Shown here: positions 26,809 through 36,892 of the stretch, piece after piece
Position numbering within the stretch: the stretch's first letter is position 1
How the letters are laid out: every line of letters begins with the position of its first letter
Source of the DNA: a virus
Taxonomy: Duplodnaviria > Caudoviricetes
DNA: 58,908 nt
Virus record (IMG/VR): IMGVR_UViG_3300034375_009562
Span: 1 to 58,908 of that record
Strand: one strand, 5' to 3'
Notes under the pieces: generated by a model
The model's input: only the letters and a program-made list of their open reading frames with translations
The model's database searches: none
Told to the model about the DNA's origin: nothing
Translations under genes and position numbers: made by a program

Positions 26809-27466
26809 ATTCTTTTAACCACAGATCTGCATACTCACATTGTTTATATTCATCAAACCAAGGTCCTCCCTCAGTATAGTGTAACGCCCGTGGAGTACCA
26901 TCTTGTGGCTCTTGATACCACCCAACGAGCCAATTCCACTCTAAAGATATTTCTCCAATATCAAAATCATTTAGCCAGCTAAATCTATGTAAGTAAGATG
27001 GAGAAGCCTGGTTTATTGTATCTAACGAAAGTTGAGCATTAGATGGATGAGCACAATTCCAAATTATTAAAGAACTCCAGTTTTTTCTAGGATACTGAGA
27101 CTGTTCTTTTCCGTCCATTTTAGTTTTATTTGTAGGCTTATAGTCATGTTTTACAACATATACGGCAAACTTTGTATCTAAGCTGCTAATTAAGTCTCTA
27201 ACATCCTTAAGCCAAAGAAAATCACAATCGCAATATATTGCCCATCCCTCATACTGGTTAAGAAAGGGAACCATAAATCTAGTATAAGTAAATTCTGTAG
27301 ACGCTCTATCATCTTTTTTCCTCGTGTAAAAACCATTATCTCTAAGTTCTTTTTGTATTAAAGGTTTGATTGTAATATTAGTTGACGAATGCCTAAGAAG
27401 AGAAGAAACGCAAACTCTCCAAGCTGCGTCTTCTCTAGCATCATAACCAATATAAACATTTGTCAT
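26780..27466 (-). CDS. glycosyltransferase (GT8-like)
   Basis: VYIGYDARE, STEFTYTRF, DCD, YPRKNWSS, EWNWL, HYTEGGPW. Confidence 0.88.
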   Translation of the reverse strand: MTNVYIGYDAREDAAWRVCVSSLLRHSSTNITIKPLIQKELRDNGFYTRKKDDRASTEFTYTRFMVPFLNQYEGWAIYCDCDFLWLKDVRDLISSLDTKFAVYVVKHDYKPTNKTKMDGKEQSQYPRKNWSSLIIWNCAHPSNAQLSLDTINQASPSYLHRFSWLNDFDIGEISLEWNWLVGWYQEPQDGTPRALHYTEGGPWFDEYKQCEYADLWLKEYELFRNHTF

Positions 27467-27499
27467 TTTTTCTTAGCTTTCTTCTTCTTTACCTTTTTC

Positions 27500-28318
27500 T
27501 TAACTCTCTTCTTTTGTAAATTTTTGAGAGTAGAAGTTTGGAAGATCGGGGCTGTTATCATACGAATTATCCCTTTCAATGTCCCATTCTTCACAGATAC
27601 TGCCAGTTTGTACCTCTAAAACGTGACATCTTTCATTTTTAACATTAATAGCTTTGTGCCATTGACCAGAGAATATAGTTGTAGTACCGAATAAACTTAA
27701 ATTCTCTACAACTCCAGATCGTCTATCTATTATACAAGAACCTTTCAAGACATACCAATGTTCATTTCTATATTTATGTTTTTGCATAGAGAGTTCTTTA
27801 TTAGGCTCTATTACTAGCTCTTTTATTTTATAGCCTTTTTGTTCTTCTAAAACTCTATACCAGCCCCATTCTCGAATTGTTTTTGGGGCTTTCCATTCTT
27901 CTAATATCCAGCTAGAAGAGTTCTTTTTATTATCTCCCCCAACACCAAATGCGAACATAACCCTAAGATTATTAGTAAAATGTTCAAGCTCAGGTATATT
28001 ACCTTGTACTCTATCCCCTCCATTGGCAAATACTATAGACTCACTTGAGGGGTACATAGATAGAGTTTTATTGATAGCATCAGTAGCGCTATCATTACTA
28101 TCATCAAAAGAGATAACTTCATCAACCATTTTTAAAGAGGATAAAACTGAATATCGTTCTTCAAAAGGCATGAAAGGCCTACCCTTTTTACGGGTAAGCC
28201 AATCATCGCTGTTTAAACCTACTACTAGTTTATCACCTAATTTTTTAGCGTCATCAAAGTAGTCTATATGCCCAGAGTGAAGAGGATCAAATCCTCCAGT
28301 TACTAGTACAATTGTCAT
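27500..28318 (-). CDS. cytidylyltransferase fused to cupin (type II mannose-6-phosphate isomerase-like) domain
   Basis: TGGFDPLHSGH, FANGGDR, KNSSSW; REWGWY, LSMQKH..RNEHW, LEVQTG. Confidence 0.9.
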   Translation of the reverse strand: MTIVLVTGGFDPLHSGHIDYFDDAKKLGDKLVVGLNSDDWLTRKKGRPFMPFEERYSVLSSLKMVDEVISFDDSNDSATDAINKTLSMYPSSESIVFANGGDRVQGNIPELEHFTNNLRVMFAFGVGGDNKKNSSSWILEEWKAPKTIREWGWYRVLEEQKGYKIKELVIEPNKELSMQKHKYRNEHWYVLKGSCIIDRRSGVVENLSLFGTTTIFSGQWHKAINVKNERCHVLEVQTGSICEEWDIERDNSYDNSPDLPNFYSQKFTKEES

Positions 28319-28599
28319 TTACAGATACTCAAAATAGCTCTGATTTGCTGTTCTTTTTCGTCTAACTCTTCTTCATTTTGCTTTAACAAAACATTTGCTG
28401 CAGCTCTAACTGCTGTTGAGTTAAGACCGTATGTATCTTTTAGATACTTTACTCGTCTGTTTATCTCATCTCGTGAATCTGATATTGCTCCTAAAAAAGC
28501 TACTATCGCGTCTAAACATTCTGAGACATCTTCTGAATCAATTGGCTTGATCTCTTTTGCAACTTTACTCTGTTTCTTTTCTAGATCCCTATCTGACAA
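28315..28599 (-). CDS. putative dsDNA-binding protein (T4 DsbA/GapR-like, tentative)
   Basis: small helical protein, ...EINRRVKYLKDTYGLNSTAVRAAA...; GGAGG SD. Confidence 0.4.
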   Translation of the reverse strand: MSDRDLEKKQSKVAKEIKPIDSEDVSECLDAIVAFLGAISDSRDEINRRVKYLKDTYGLNSTAVRAAANVLLKQNEEELDEKEQQIRAILSICK

Positions 28600-28610
28600 C
28601 TATCCCTCCA

Positions 28611-29351
28611 TTATAGGTTTTTATGTAAAAATCTGATATATTCATCCATACTATGATCATATACAGAATCAAATAATTGAAGCTTTGACCAGGCTCTAAT
28701 TCTACCTCTCATTGAATCGACAAATCTCTGAAATTTATTCATCTTAGCAATTTTTCCAGTATAAGACAAGTAAATAGGTTCACAAGTATGTCTAAATCCC
28801 ATAATATAAAGTGGAACTTTTGGTACAATATCGTTATTATTTACAACTCTATAATGCTTTGTTTTAAAATGATCAACCCAATCTGAGTCTCCGACTCGAG
28901 GTGATCCATAGGTATAACATTCATCAGCAGAGAAACGTCTTGCACTAATAGTAGCTAATGCTCCTCCTAAAGAATGTCCACAAGTGATAACAGTTTTGCC
29001 ACTTCTCCTTGCTTCAACCCATTGAGATAGTGCATTCCAAATCTGATCTAAAGCTTCTTTAAATCCTGTATGAACATCTCCTAAACCACTATGAGAAGAG
29101 GTTTGCCAAGCTTTCAAATCTGCTGCTAAATCAGCCATTTGATCGGGCTCAGTACCTCTAAAAATAATAATTATTGAGTCTGGTGTTTCAATAGAAACAG
29201 CCTGTGTACCGTTTCTATCATATGTTTGTTTATCTATTTCTCCCTCTATAGATATATCTTCCAAGTTTCCATAAACTTGTCCCGATAGCTTTGCGTAGCG
29301 TATCAAGTTTTGAATCATTGATGGTTCTCGACTTATAAATGATTTCCCCAA
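28611..29351 (-). CDS. lipase class 3 family protein
   Basis: FRGTE, VHTGF, GHSLGGALA, TYGSPRVG, NNDIVP, DH. Confidence 0.92.
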   Translation of the reverse strand: MGKSFISREPSMIQNLIRYAKLSGQVYGNLEDISIEGEIDKQTYDRNGTQAVSIETPDSIIIIFRGTEPDQMADLAADLKAWQTSSHSGLGDVHTGFKEALDQIWNALSQWVEARRSGKTVITCGHSLGGALATISARRFSADECYTYGSPRVGDSDWVDHFKTKHYRVVNNNDIVPKVPLYIMGFRHTCEPIYLSYTGKIAKMNKFQRFVDSMRGRIRAWSKLQLFDSVYDHSMDEYIRFLHKNL

Positions 29352-29628
29352 TCAACATTCGCACATCAATTGGAGTTACTTTTTCATCTATATAAATGAA
29401 AACCCCCTCATTATCGTGAATAAGAGTATATCTCTTATCTTTAAATCTTTTAAATAGTTTTCTTAGCTTACCAGGCGTACGCACTTTCAGTGCGACCCAG
29501 CTATCTTCATATAGCTGTTCTACTTGAAACTTATCTACTCGTTCTAAAGAACGCACAAACTGCCTAGCTATTACTTCTCGTTCAATACTAGAAGGTTCTT
29601 GATCATTCTGAAATAAATAATTACTCAT
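29230..29628 (-). CDS. hypothetical protein
   Basis: 132 aa ORF coupled to upstream gene. Confidence 0.5.
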   Translation of the reverse strand: MSNYLFQNDQEPSSIEREVIARQFVRSLERVDKFQVEQLYEDSWVALKVRTPGKLRKLFKRFKDKRYTLIHDNEGVFIYIDEKVTPIDVRMLIGEIIYKSRTINDSKLDTLRKAIGTSLWKLGRYIYRGRNR

Positions 29629-29968
29629 CTCTCTGCCAACCAGGATTTTCTTCTATTTTTTGTGCTCTCATTGTTTCAAACTGAATTTGCTTAAGTCGTT
29701 CTTGGTCAAAGTCATATATAGCTAAGAGAGCATAATGCATAATCTTAAACAGATCTTTTTTATTTTTACCGTCTTTTTTACCAAATCGTTGAGCATATTT
29801 CATGATATTGCCTAAACAAAATCCTTCACCATGTCCTGAATCAATAATAAACTCTGTTGCTTGAAATTGATTCATTGAATAGTGTTGAGAGTAAGTAGAA
29901 TTTACATATTCAACAAACTCTTGTATGATTCTATCTTCTTCATACTTGTATTGTTTTTCTACTGACAC
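29621..29968 (-). CDS. DUF3310-like protein
   Basis: TYSQHY, GFCLGNIMKYAQRFGKK, DLFKIMHY. Confidence 0.85.
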   Translation of the reverse strand: MSVEKQYKYEEDRIIQEFVEYVNSTYSQHYSMNQFQATEFIIDSGHGEGFCLGNIMKYAQRFGKKDGKNKKDLFKIMHYALLAIYDFDQERLKQIQFETMRAQKIEENPGWQRDE

Positions 29969-31023
29969 TGTAGCTTTTCTCCCGAATACTCTATCTCTGA
30001 ATTAATAAAGTCATAAAACTTTTGAACAGCAACCTCTTTGAATTTAGCTTCTACATCAAAATCTGCATATTGAAGCATAGGAACATGACGAGCCATTAGT
30101 TCTTCATCCCAGTATGTTTCTGAATGCGCATTAGGCTTCATCCAGTAGTCTGGATTTTCGGGATGAAACGACTGAGACTTGTGGAACAGCGGGCGTACGC
30201 TTTTCCAGCTTTTAACTGCTTCGATAAAGAGGTCGTCTGTATGAGAGATGTGTTTGACATCTCGCACTTTTCTATTAACTGTTTTTTCTCCGAAAGCGAC
30301 TTTTTCTGTTTTAACCATTCGATGGCAGGCATAGTGGTGTGTGTCAAGTGTACAGCGGATCGGAATTCTCTGTGCAAGTTCAACGGTATGTTCAATGTCG
30401 TATCCGTTGGGCTTATCTTCATTCTCGACTGCGAGACACTGCTGTGCGTAGTCGGAGAGATAGGGGAAGTGCGTAGCAAACCGTTTGATCCCAGCTTCAT
30501 GTGTTCCTCCATATAGTCCCTGAAGATGAATGTTCATTACAAAGTCTTTAGCTTCAATACCCATTAGTGAGCCATATAGTGCGTGATACTCTAGATCTTT
30601 AATAGAGTTTTCTACAACACTTGGCTTATCAGAAGCCAGAACAGTATATTGCCCAGGATGGACACTAACACGTATTTCATTTTTACGTGCACTATCTCCT
30701 GCTCTAGAGAGAATTTCTGTAATATCTTCCCAAATTTCCTGATACCACTCACGGGTAAAGTCGAGAGTGTAGCAAGGAAATAACTCAGATGAGATACGAA
30801 AACTGCGTAAATGTACTGGTTGAGTTGGAAAATATGTTTCCAAAACATCCGCCAACTTACGGCAATTCTCCAAAGCTTTTGTTTGAACACGCTCTTTTCC
30901 ACCTTCTTTAAGCGCATAGGTTTTTGTGGTTGTTCCAAAATTATACCTTTTTGCAAGCTGCTTATCATGAAACTGGCAGCACTGTGAGATGCGCCAATTA
31001 GTTTTTGTTTTGTTGAAATACAT
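29959..31023 (-). CDS. uvsE: UV damage endonuclease UvsE/UVDE
   Basis: FRISSELFP, SVHPGQYTVL, NIH, LAVENED, LDTHH, AH, DVEAKFKE. Confidence 0.92.
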   Translation of the reverse strand: MYFNKTKTNWRISQCCQFHDKQLAKRYNFGTTTKTYALKEGGKERVQTKALENCRKLADVLETYFPTQPVHLRSFRISSELFPCYTLDFTREWYQEIWEDITEILSRAGDSARKNEIRVSVHPGQYTVLASDKPSVVENSIKDLEYHALYGSLMGIEAKDFVMNIHLQGLYGGTHEAGIKRFATHFPYLSDYAQQCLAVENEDKPNGYDIEHTVELAQRIPIRCTLDTHHYACHRMVKTEKVAFGEKTVNRKVRDVKHISHTDDLFIEAVKSWKSVRPLFHKSQSFHPENPDYWMKPNAHSETYWDEELMARHVPMLQYADFDVEAKFKEVAVQKFYDFINSEIEYSGEKLQCQ

Positions 31024-31080
31024 AAAAAACTCCTGATTAGAATGTATATCTACTATACGCTAATCAGGAGTAGTTGTCAA
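31024..31080 (-). promoter_or_regulatory. uvsE promoter nested in a 12-bp inverted repeat/terminator covering the RBS
   Basis: TTGACA-17-TATAGT (31052-31080); ACTCCTGATTAG...CTAATCAGGAGT followed by T-run and ATG. Confidence 0.7.
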
Positions 31081-31097
31081 TTACAATTTTGATTTAA

Positions 31098-31439
31098 CTA
31101 GTCATCATCTTCAGATTCATTAGAAGTAATTGAATAATCACTATACTTATAAAAGTCGTAAACTGTGTCCATATATTCTGATGCTAAAGTTACTTTAGAC
31201 TGTAACCAAGCAGGAAACTGTTCATCATCTTCGATCATTTTGATAAGCTCAGAGGCTTGAGCTTCCATACGTCTAAGCTGAGTACGAACCATATAGCCTT
31301 CATAATCATACTCTTCACCAGGACCTGCCTTTTGTGTAAGTTGCTTTTCTCGTTCATGAAGTAGATTGACTAAATCTTCTTTAACAACTTCATCAAGTTC
31401 CCAATTAGGATCTAATAGGTTTTTATTCTCAATGCTCAT
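31098..31439 (-). CDS. hypothetical protein
   Basis: DYEGYMVRTQL...PAWLQSKVTLASEYM motif recalled from large phages. Confidence 0.7.
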   Translation of the reverse strand: MSIENKNLLDPNWELDEVVKEDLVNLLHEREKQLTQKAGPGEEYDYEGYMVRTQLRRMEAQASELIKMIEDDEQFPAWLQSKVTLASEYMDTVYDFYKYSDYSITSNESEDDD

Positions 31440-31795
31440 CTTCTAGGTCCTCCTTTTTTGGGAGACTTTTTAGAACCACCTGGGCCTGCCCAAAGTTTTT
31501 TACGCGCCCAGTAGTTAGCGGAAAACTTATCATTTTTTGTTAACTGACCCGATTTATTTTTGATGCCTGCGCTACGAGCCATATAACTTTTACGTGCTGA
31601 TTCTGAATAGTTATGTCCGTAACCTTTATGCCCAAAACGAACTACTTTGATCTCATCGCCTTTTTTAGCGAGCACAACTTGTTTGTGTTGAGATCCAGAA
31701 GTGTTGCGTTTTGGTTTATTAAATCCTGGAAATGTTTCTCCACGATACTTAATTTTTCCGCTTGGAAGTCGTTTTGCGTCTTTTGCTTTTGCCAT
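31436..31795 (-). CDS. basic, Lys/Arg-rich conserved phage protein
   Basis: GFNKPKR, VRFG, RKSYMARS, SANYWAR. Confidence 0.75.
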   Translation of the reverse strand: MAKAKDAKRLPSGKIKYRGETFPGFNKPKRNTSGSQHKQVVLAKKGDEIKVVRFGHKGYGHNYSESARKSYMARSAGIKNKSGQLTKNDKFSANYWARKKLWAGPGGSKKSPKKGGPRR

Positions 31796-31956
31796 TGTTT
31801 TATCCTTTACCAAATATATGTTGTGTTTTAAACTTGTGAGCCTGAAGCCAACTCTCTATTGAAATCAAAAGTAGCTGATTATGTTCTACCTTATATTTGT
31901 TAACTTCTATGAAAACTTTTTTACTATTTGTTTTTATAAAATCCAACTTAAGACTA

Positions 31957-33645
31957 TTAAGTTTGAATATTTCCGACAGCATTGAAACCAGAAGTAAACT
32001 CTGCTATGTCTGTAGCAGGAGAATCACTAGCAAAAGGATATTTTTGAATAGAGTTATCTAATGTGGGGTCTGCTGGTGTTCCAGTAGGACCTGCATATCT
32101 ACCTGATAAATTATACCCATGAGTAGTACTAGAGCTGCCAGTTGTGTGATCTTGTCTATAAGCTAACTCTGCAATATCTGTTGCATTTGTATCTGATGAA
32201 AAAGGAAATTTTTCAATTTGGTCTGAAGCAGGAGTAGTAAGCCCAGGTTGAAAACCTCCATGCACGTAACCATTTTCAGTACTGTTAGAGCCAGCTACAA
32301 GATATTTTCCAGCTGTTAAATCTCCTGTAACTGTAGCAGTTGAATCACTACTACCAGGCACTTTAAATATTTGAGATATGGCAGGACTAGTGGGAGTACC
32401 TGTAGGGCTGATATTACCTCTTGCTCCCGCAAAATACATAGTATCTGGTGATGCGATACCCGCACCTCTACCCTTTATAGTACCGACTCCTAAGTCTGAA
32501 GTTACTTGCGATCCTGGAGAATCAGAAGAAAAAGGAAACTTTTGAAATGATTTACCATACGTTTCTTGAGGACTCGCTTGCACCTGAAAACCTCCAAATA
32601 AATATCCATGAGTCGTGGTCATAGTTCCTGAGTTATTATCAATACTATTAGCTAGTTCTGCAATATCAATAGAAGACGAGTCAGAAGAAAATGAAGTTTT
32701 TTCAATTGCATCAGTAGAACTAGTAGGAAGTCGTCCTCCTGCTACATATCCGTAGGTATCAGAATGATGTCCTGATCCTCTGGTGCCATTATAAGTTAAC
32801 TCTCCTACATCTACACTTGGAGAGTCTGAGGTAAAAGAAGTTTTTGTTATGACATCAGTAGACGCTGTTCCATCATGCTGACCCATTGTGTAACCAAAAC
32901 TTGTTCCTTGAAAGTTAGATGAACTACCTGCCGCTACAGTTGCAATCTCACCTGTATATGGTAAATAACGTACTTCAACATCAGTACCATTTAAGATAGG
33001 ATAAGTGTTATTAAGTGTAAGAGTAGTAGAGCTTACAACGTAGTTAATTCCTGGCTCTTGTATTAATCCGCCGACTGTAACATATAGTGTATATTCAGGG
33101 CGATTATCCGTACTAAGAGTAACTGTGTTAGAAGTACCGTCTAGTGTAAAGTAATCAGACTTAATATCACCTGCATACATGCTAAAGGTTAATGACTGTG
33201 CATCAGCATTAGCTAAGATGGAGATACCATTGCCAGTTGCAAATATAACGTTATCTGTAGCTGTAGCAGCTACTACATTCGCGTCACCGACTGTAATTGT
33301 ACTAAAAGAGTTTGCAGCGTCAGCTGCATAATTAGTATTAGCATAAGCTGCGAAAGTATCTAAGTTAGCTTGAACAGTGTCAATATTTGTATTAGAAGAA
33401 GATAGCAATGAAATTGTACTAGTAACATTATCTTGTACAGTATCTATATTAGCTGTAAGTTGTGTATTTACTGCATCAGCATTTGACGAAACAGTACCAA
33501 CACCTGCAACAGTTAATGAGAGTTCTTTAAACTCTACTGAATTATTTGCTGCTACATAGGTTAAGACGTGTTGATCTGTTACACCTTCATTACCGTCTGA
33601 AGCTGTATTTGAGATTAAACCTATATTTAGTTTATTAATTGCCAT
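31957..33645 (-). CDS. putative virion fibre protein with C-terminal kelch-like/beta-propeller repeats (paralog 3)
   Basis: coiled-coil N-term, GGLIQEPGINY module, six ~50 aa repeats IEKFPFSSD..ATDIAEL. Confidence 0.75.
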   Translation of the reverse strand: MAINKLNIGLISNTASDGNEGVTDQHVLTYVAANNSVEFKELSLTVAGVGTVSSNADAVNTQLTANIDTVQDNVTSTISLLSSSNTNIDTVQANLDTFAAYANTNYAADAANSFSTITVGDANVVAATATDNVIFATGNGISILANADAQSLTFSMYAGDIKSDYFTLDGTSNTVTLSTDNRPEYTLYVTVGGLIQEPGINYVVSSTTLTLNNTYPILNGTDVEVRYLPYTGEIATVAAGSSSNFQGTSFGYTMGQHDGTASTDVITKTSFTSDSPSVDVGELTYNGTRGSGHHSDTYGYVAGGRLPTSSTDAIEKTSFSSDSSSIDIAELANSIDNNSGTMTTTHGYLFGGFQVQASPQETYGKSFQKFPFSSDSPGSQVTSDLGVGTIKGRGAGIASPDTMYFAGARGNISPTGTPTSPAISQIFKVPGSSDSTATVTGDLTAGKYLVAGSNSTENGYVHGGFQPGLTTPASDQIEKFPFSSDTNATDIAELAYRQDHTTGSSSTTHGYNLSGRYAGPTGTPADPTLDNSIQKYPFASDSPATDIAEFTSGFNAVGNIQT

Positions 33646-33657
33646 TTACGTTCTACC

Positions 33658-35241
33658 TTATACCTGTTGTCCGGCAGCTTGGGTAACGCCAATAACAAGT
33701 TCACCAACATCTGCTGCGCTTGCATCTGAAGAGAAAGGAAACTTTTGAATTACAGTTCCGTTAGAAACATAACCTGAAACAGTTGAATTTTGTGTTGCGG
33801 CTAATGTAGTTGTTGCTAATAATTCTCCTACATCTGTAGAGTTACTATCACTACTGAATGAGAATTTTTCGATGGTATCAGTATCTGCAGGACTACCTAC
33901 ATAATCAGTACCTCCAGATGTATACCCGTGAGTACTTGAAGAATTACCTGCACCATACATTTTTGTCACTGTTAAGTCTCCAACAGCACTAGCTGATGCG
34001 TCTGAAGAGAAAGGAAACTTATCAATAGTATTCACTCTAGCAGGAGATTGACCTCCACTATAATAGCCATGAGAGGGAGATGACTGAGCTGCTCCTGTAT
34101 ACCTAGCTTGTGTTAATTCACCAACATCTGCTGTACCTGTATCTGATGAGAAAGGAAATTTTCCTATAGTATCTACAACAGTAGGTTGAAAACCCCCAGA
34201 AATATAACCATGAGAAGAAGATGACTGACCGCCGTGCCACTTAGTAGCGGTTAATAGCTCTCCTACATCAGTGGCATTTCCATCAGATGTGAATGAAAAT
34301 TTATCAATCTCATGTCTAATAGTAGTTGTGCTTCCTCCCGATGAGTACCCATGAGTCAAAGAAGAATGTCCAGCTAAAGCTTGACGAGATAATATTGTTG
34401 TTCCTATGTTAGTAGATGAAGAATCTGACGAGAAAGGAAATTTTTGAATTGGATTATTAGCTGGTGATCCTCCCGTTACATAACCAAAACTAGATCCTAT
34501 AATTCCAGGAGATGAACTACCTCCTGCCGTCACAGTTGCAATTTCTCCTGTATACGGTAAATAACGTACTTCAACATCAGTACCGTTTAAAATAGGATAA
34601 GTGTTATTAAGTGTAAGAGTAGTAGAGTTTACAACGTAGTTAATTCCTGGCTCTTGTATTAACCCACCTACTGTAACATATAGTGTGTAATCAGGTCGAT
34701 TGTCGGTACTAAGAGTAACTGTATTAGCGGTACCATCTAATGTAAAGTAATCAGATTTAATATCGCCTGCATACATGCTAAAAGTTAGTGATTGAGAATC
34801 AGCATTAGCTAAGATGGAGATACCGTTACCTGTAGCAAATATAACATTATCAGTAGTTGTAGTAGCTACTACATTAGAACTTCCTACTGTAATTGTACTA
34901 AAAGAATTTGCAGCATCAGCTGCATAATTAGTATTAGCATAAGTAGCAAAAGTATCTAAATTAGCTTGAACAGTATCAATATTTGTATTTGATGAGGACA
35001 GCAGTGAAACTGTACTAGTAACATTATCTTGTACAGTGTCTATATTAGCTGTAAGTTGTGTATTTACTGCATCAGCATTTGATGAAACAGTACCAACACC
35101 TGCTACAGTTAAAGATAGCTCTTTAAATTCTACTGAATTATTTGCAGCAACATACGTTAAGACGTGTTGATCTGTTACACCCTCATTACCGTCTGAAGCT
35201 GTATTAGATATTAAACCTATATTTAGCTTATTAATCGCCAC
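33658..35241 (-). CDS. putative virion fibre protein with beta-propeller repeats (paralog 2)
   Basis: GTG start; first ~240 aa nearly identical to paralog 3; repeats IDKFPFSSD..DVGEL. Confidence 0.75.
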   Translation of the reverse strand: MAINKLNIGLISNTASDGNEGVTDQHVLTYVAANNSVEFKELSLTVAGVGTVSSNADAVNTQLTANIDTVQDNVTSTVSLLSSSNTNIDTVQANLDTFATYANTNYAADAANSFSTITVGSSNVVATTTTDNVIFATGNGISILANADSQSLTFSMYAGDIKSDYFTLDGTANTVTLSTDNRPDYTLYVTVGGLIQEPGINYVVNSTTLTLNNTYPILNGTDVEVRYLPYTGEIATVTAGGSSSPGIIGSSFGYVTGGSPANNPIQKFPFSSDSSSTNIGTTILSRQALAGHSSLTHGYSSGGSTTTIRHEIDKFSFTSDGNATDVGELLTATKWHGGQSSSSHGYISGGFQPTVVDTIGKFPFSSDTGTADVGELTQARYTGAAQSSPSHGYYSGGQSPARVNTIDKFPFSSDASASAVGDLTVTKMYGAGNSSSTHGYTSGGTDYVGSPADTDTIEKFSFSSDSNSTDVGELLATTTLAATQNSTVSGYVSNGTVIQKFPFSSDASAADVGELVIGVTQAAGQQV

Positions 35242-35253
35242 TTATGTTCTACC

Positions 35254-36879
35254 TTATATTTGTGCCGCAGCCATCTGTGTTCCACCACCGATTAGTGTAG
35301 CTACGTTAGTGGCTGATACGTCGCTTGAAAAAGTAAACTTATCAATATTAGTTTGTGCAAGCCCACCACCAAAAGAGTAACCATTGAGAGTACTTTGAGT
35401 TCCTGTATTTCCATATCTAGCTACTGAAAGTTCGCCTACATCACTTGAGGTAGTATCAGAAGAAAACGGATATTTTTCTATTTGATCAACGCCATTGTTT
35501 GTATTACCATAACCTCCTATTCTATATCCATGAGTTGATGAACTACTACCTGTAGCTCCTGCTTCATATGTGCCAAGTGTCAGATCTCCTACTAACGTAG
35601 TTCCTGAGTCAGAAGAAAATGGATGCTTTTGAATAGTTGTTATACTCGATGGAGATTCGTTAGGATCACGTCCTCCATGTAAATATCCGTGAGTAAAGCT
35701 AGAAGTACCACTAGGAGATTCTAGCTCATTATTACTGGCTATTTCTCCAACGTCTGAAGATCCTGTGTCAGAAGAAAAGGGAAATTTTTGTATTGTGCTC
35801 AGAATCACTGAGGAAGGGTTTGCTGCGCCCCCTGTACTATAACCGTGCGTAGGAGAGTTAGTGCTTCCTGGTTTACGTACTGCAGTTAATAGTTCTCCTA
35901 CATCAGTGCCTCCCGAATCTGAAGAGAAAGGAAATTTACTAATTGCATCAACACCTGTTGGGAAAGATGTAGGATTAAATCCCGCAAAAACATATCCTGA
36001 AACTGTAGATGATGCACCTGCCGATCTTCCGTGTCCAATAGGCAGCTCTCCTACATCTGTAGCGTTTGAGTCTGAAGTAAAGGAGAACTTTTGGATACCA
36101 TCAGAATATGTGTTGCTGGGTTGTCCCGCAGAGGCATATCCAAAACTAGAACCTAAAACTATGGGAGATGAAGGAGTACTAATACCAGGTGTATTCTCTG
36201 TAGTGTTAGGAATCCAACGTACCATAACTTCAGTTCCGTTTTCAATAGGAAGTGTATTCATGAGAGTAAGGGTAGTTGAAGACACTTGATAGTGTAAATT
36301 AGGTGACTGTAATAGTCCTTCAACAGATACTAAAATATCTAAATTAGAAGAGGCAGCTTGTGTTAATGTAAAAGCATTAGTTGATCCATCAGCTATAAAA
36401 TAGTTATTTACTGAGTTAGAAAGAGAGGCTTTAAAAGTAATAGTGTCCGATGCAGCGTCAGCATTAATAGTAATATTATTACCTGCTGTAAAGGTAAGAG
36501 TGTCTGTAGCTACATTAGCTACAACATTTGCTCCGCCAGCTATTAACTTTGTAAAAGTATAACCTGTAACAGCCCCAAAAGTTGAATTAGCATAAGTAGC
36601 ATAGGTATCAATGTTAGATTGTACAGTACCAATGCTTGCATCTAGTGCAGTAATATTAGAAGATGCTGAAGCAACATTGTCTTGTACAGTATTAGTATTA
36701 GACGATACATTAGCATCTAATCTATTTAGGTTATCTTGAAGTACATCTGAGTTACCGCCATCAACTGAAGAAGAGGTAACAAACTCTACTTTAGCATTAG
36801 CATCTACATACTGTAAAATATCGCCATCAGAAGCTCCTGTGACATCAATTAATTGAGGAAATACTTTTCTTAAACTCAT
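35254..36879 (-). CDS. putative virion fibre protein with beta-propeller repeats (paralog 1)
   Basis: DVTGASDGDILQY, EGLLQSP module, repeats IQKFPFSSD..DVGEL. Confidence 0.75.
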   Translation of the reverse strand: MSLRKVFPQLIDVTGASDGDILQYVDANAKVEFVTSSSVDGGNSDVLQDNLNRLDANVSSNTNTVQDNVASASSNITALDASIGTVQSNIDTYATYANSTFGAVTGYTFTKLIAGGANVVANVATDTLTFTAGNNITINADAASDTITFKASLSNSVNNYFIADGSTNAFTLTQAASSNLDILVSVEGLLQSPNLHYQVSSTTLTLMNTLPIENGTEVMVRWIPNTTENTPGISTPSSPIVLGSSFGYASAGQPSNTYSDGIQKFSFTSDSNATDVGELPIGHGRSAGASSTVSGYVFAGFNPTSFPTGVDAISKFPFSSDSGGTDVGELLTAVRKPGSTNSPTHGYSTGGAANPSSVILSTIQKFPFSSDTGSSDVGEIASNNELESPSGTSSFTHGYLHGGRDPNESPSSITTIQKHPFSSDSGTTLVGDLTLGTYEAGATGSSSSTHGYRIGGYGNTNNGVDQIEKYPFSSDTTSSDVGELSVARYGNTGTQSTLNGYSFGGGLAQTNIDKFTFSSDVSATNVATLIGGGTQMAAAQI

Positions 36880-36892
36880 TTAAATTCTCTCT

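Noticed and set aside
31957-36879. Diversity-generating retroelement or shufflon acting on fibre genes
   Set aside because: No reverse transcriptase, recombinase, or TR/VR pair with adenine-specific differences; differences between paralogs look like ordinary divergence
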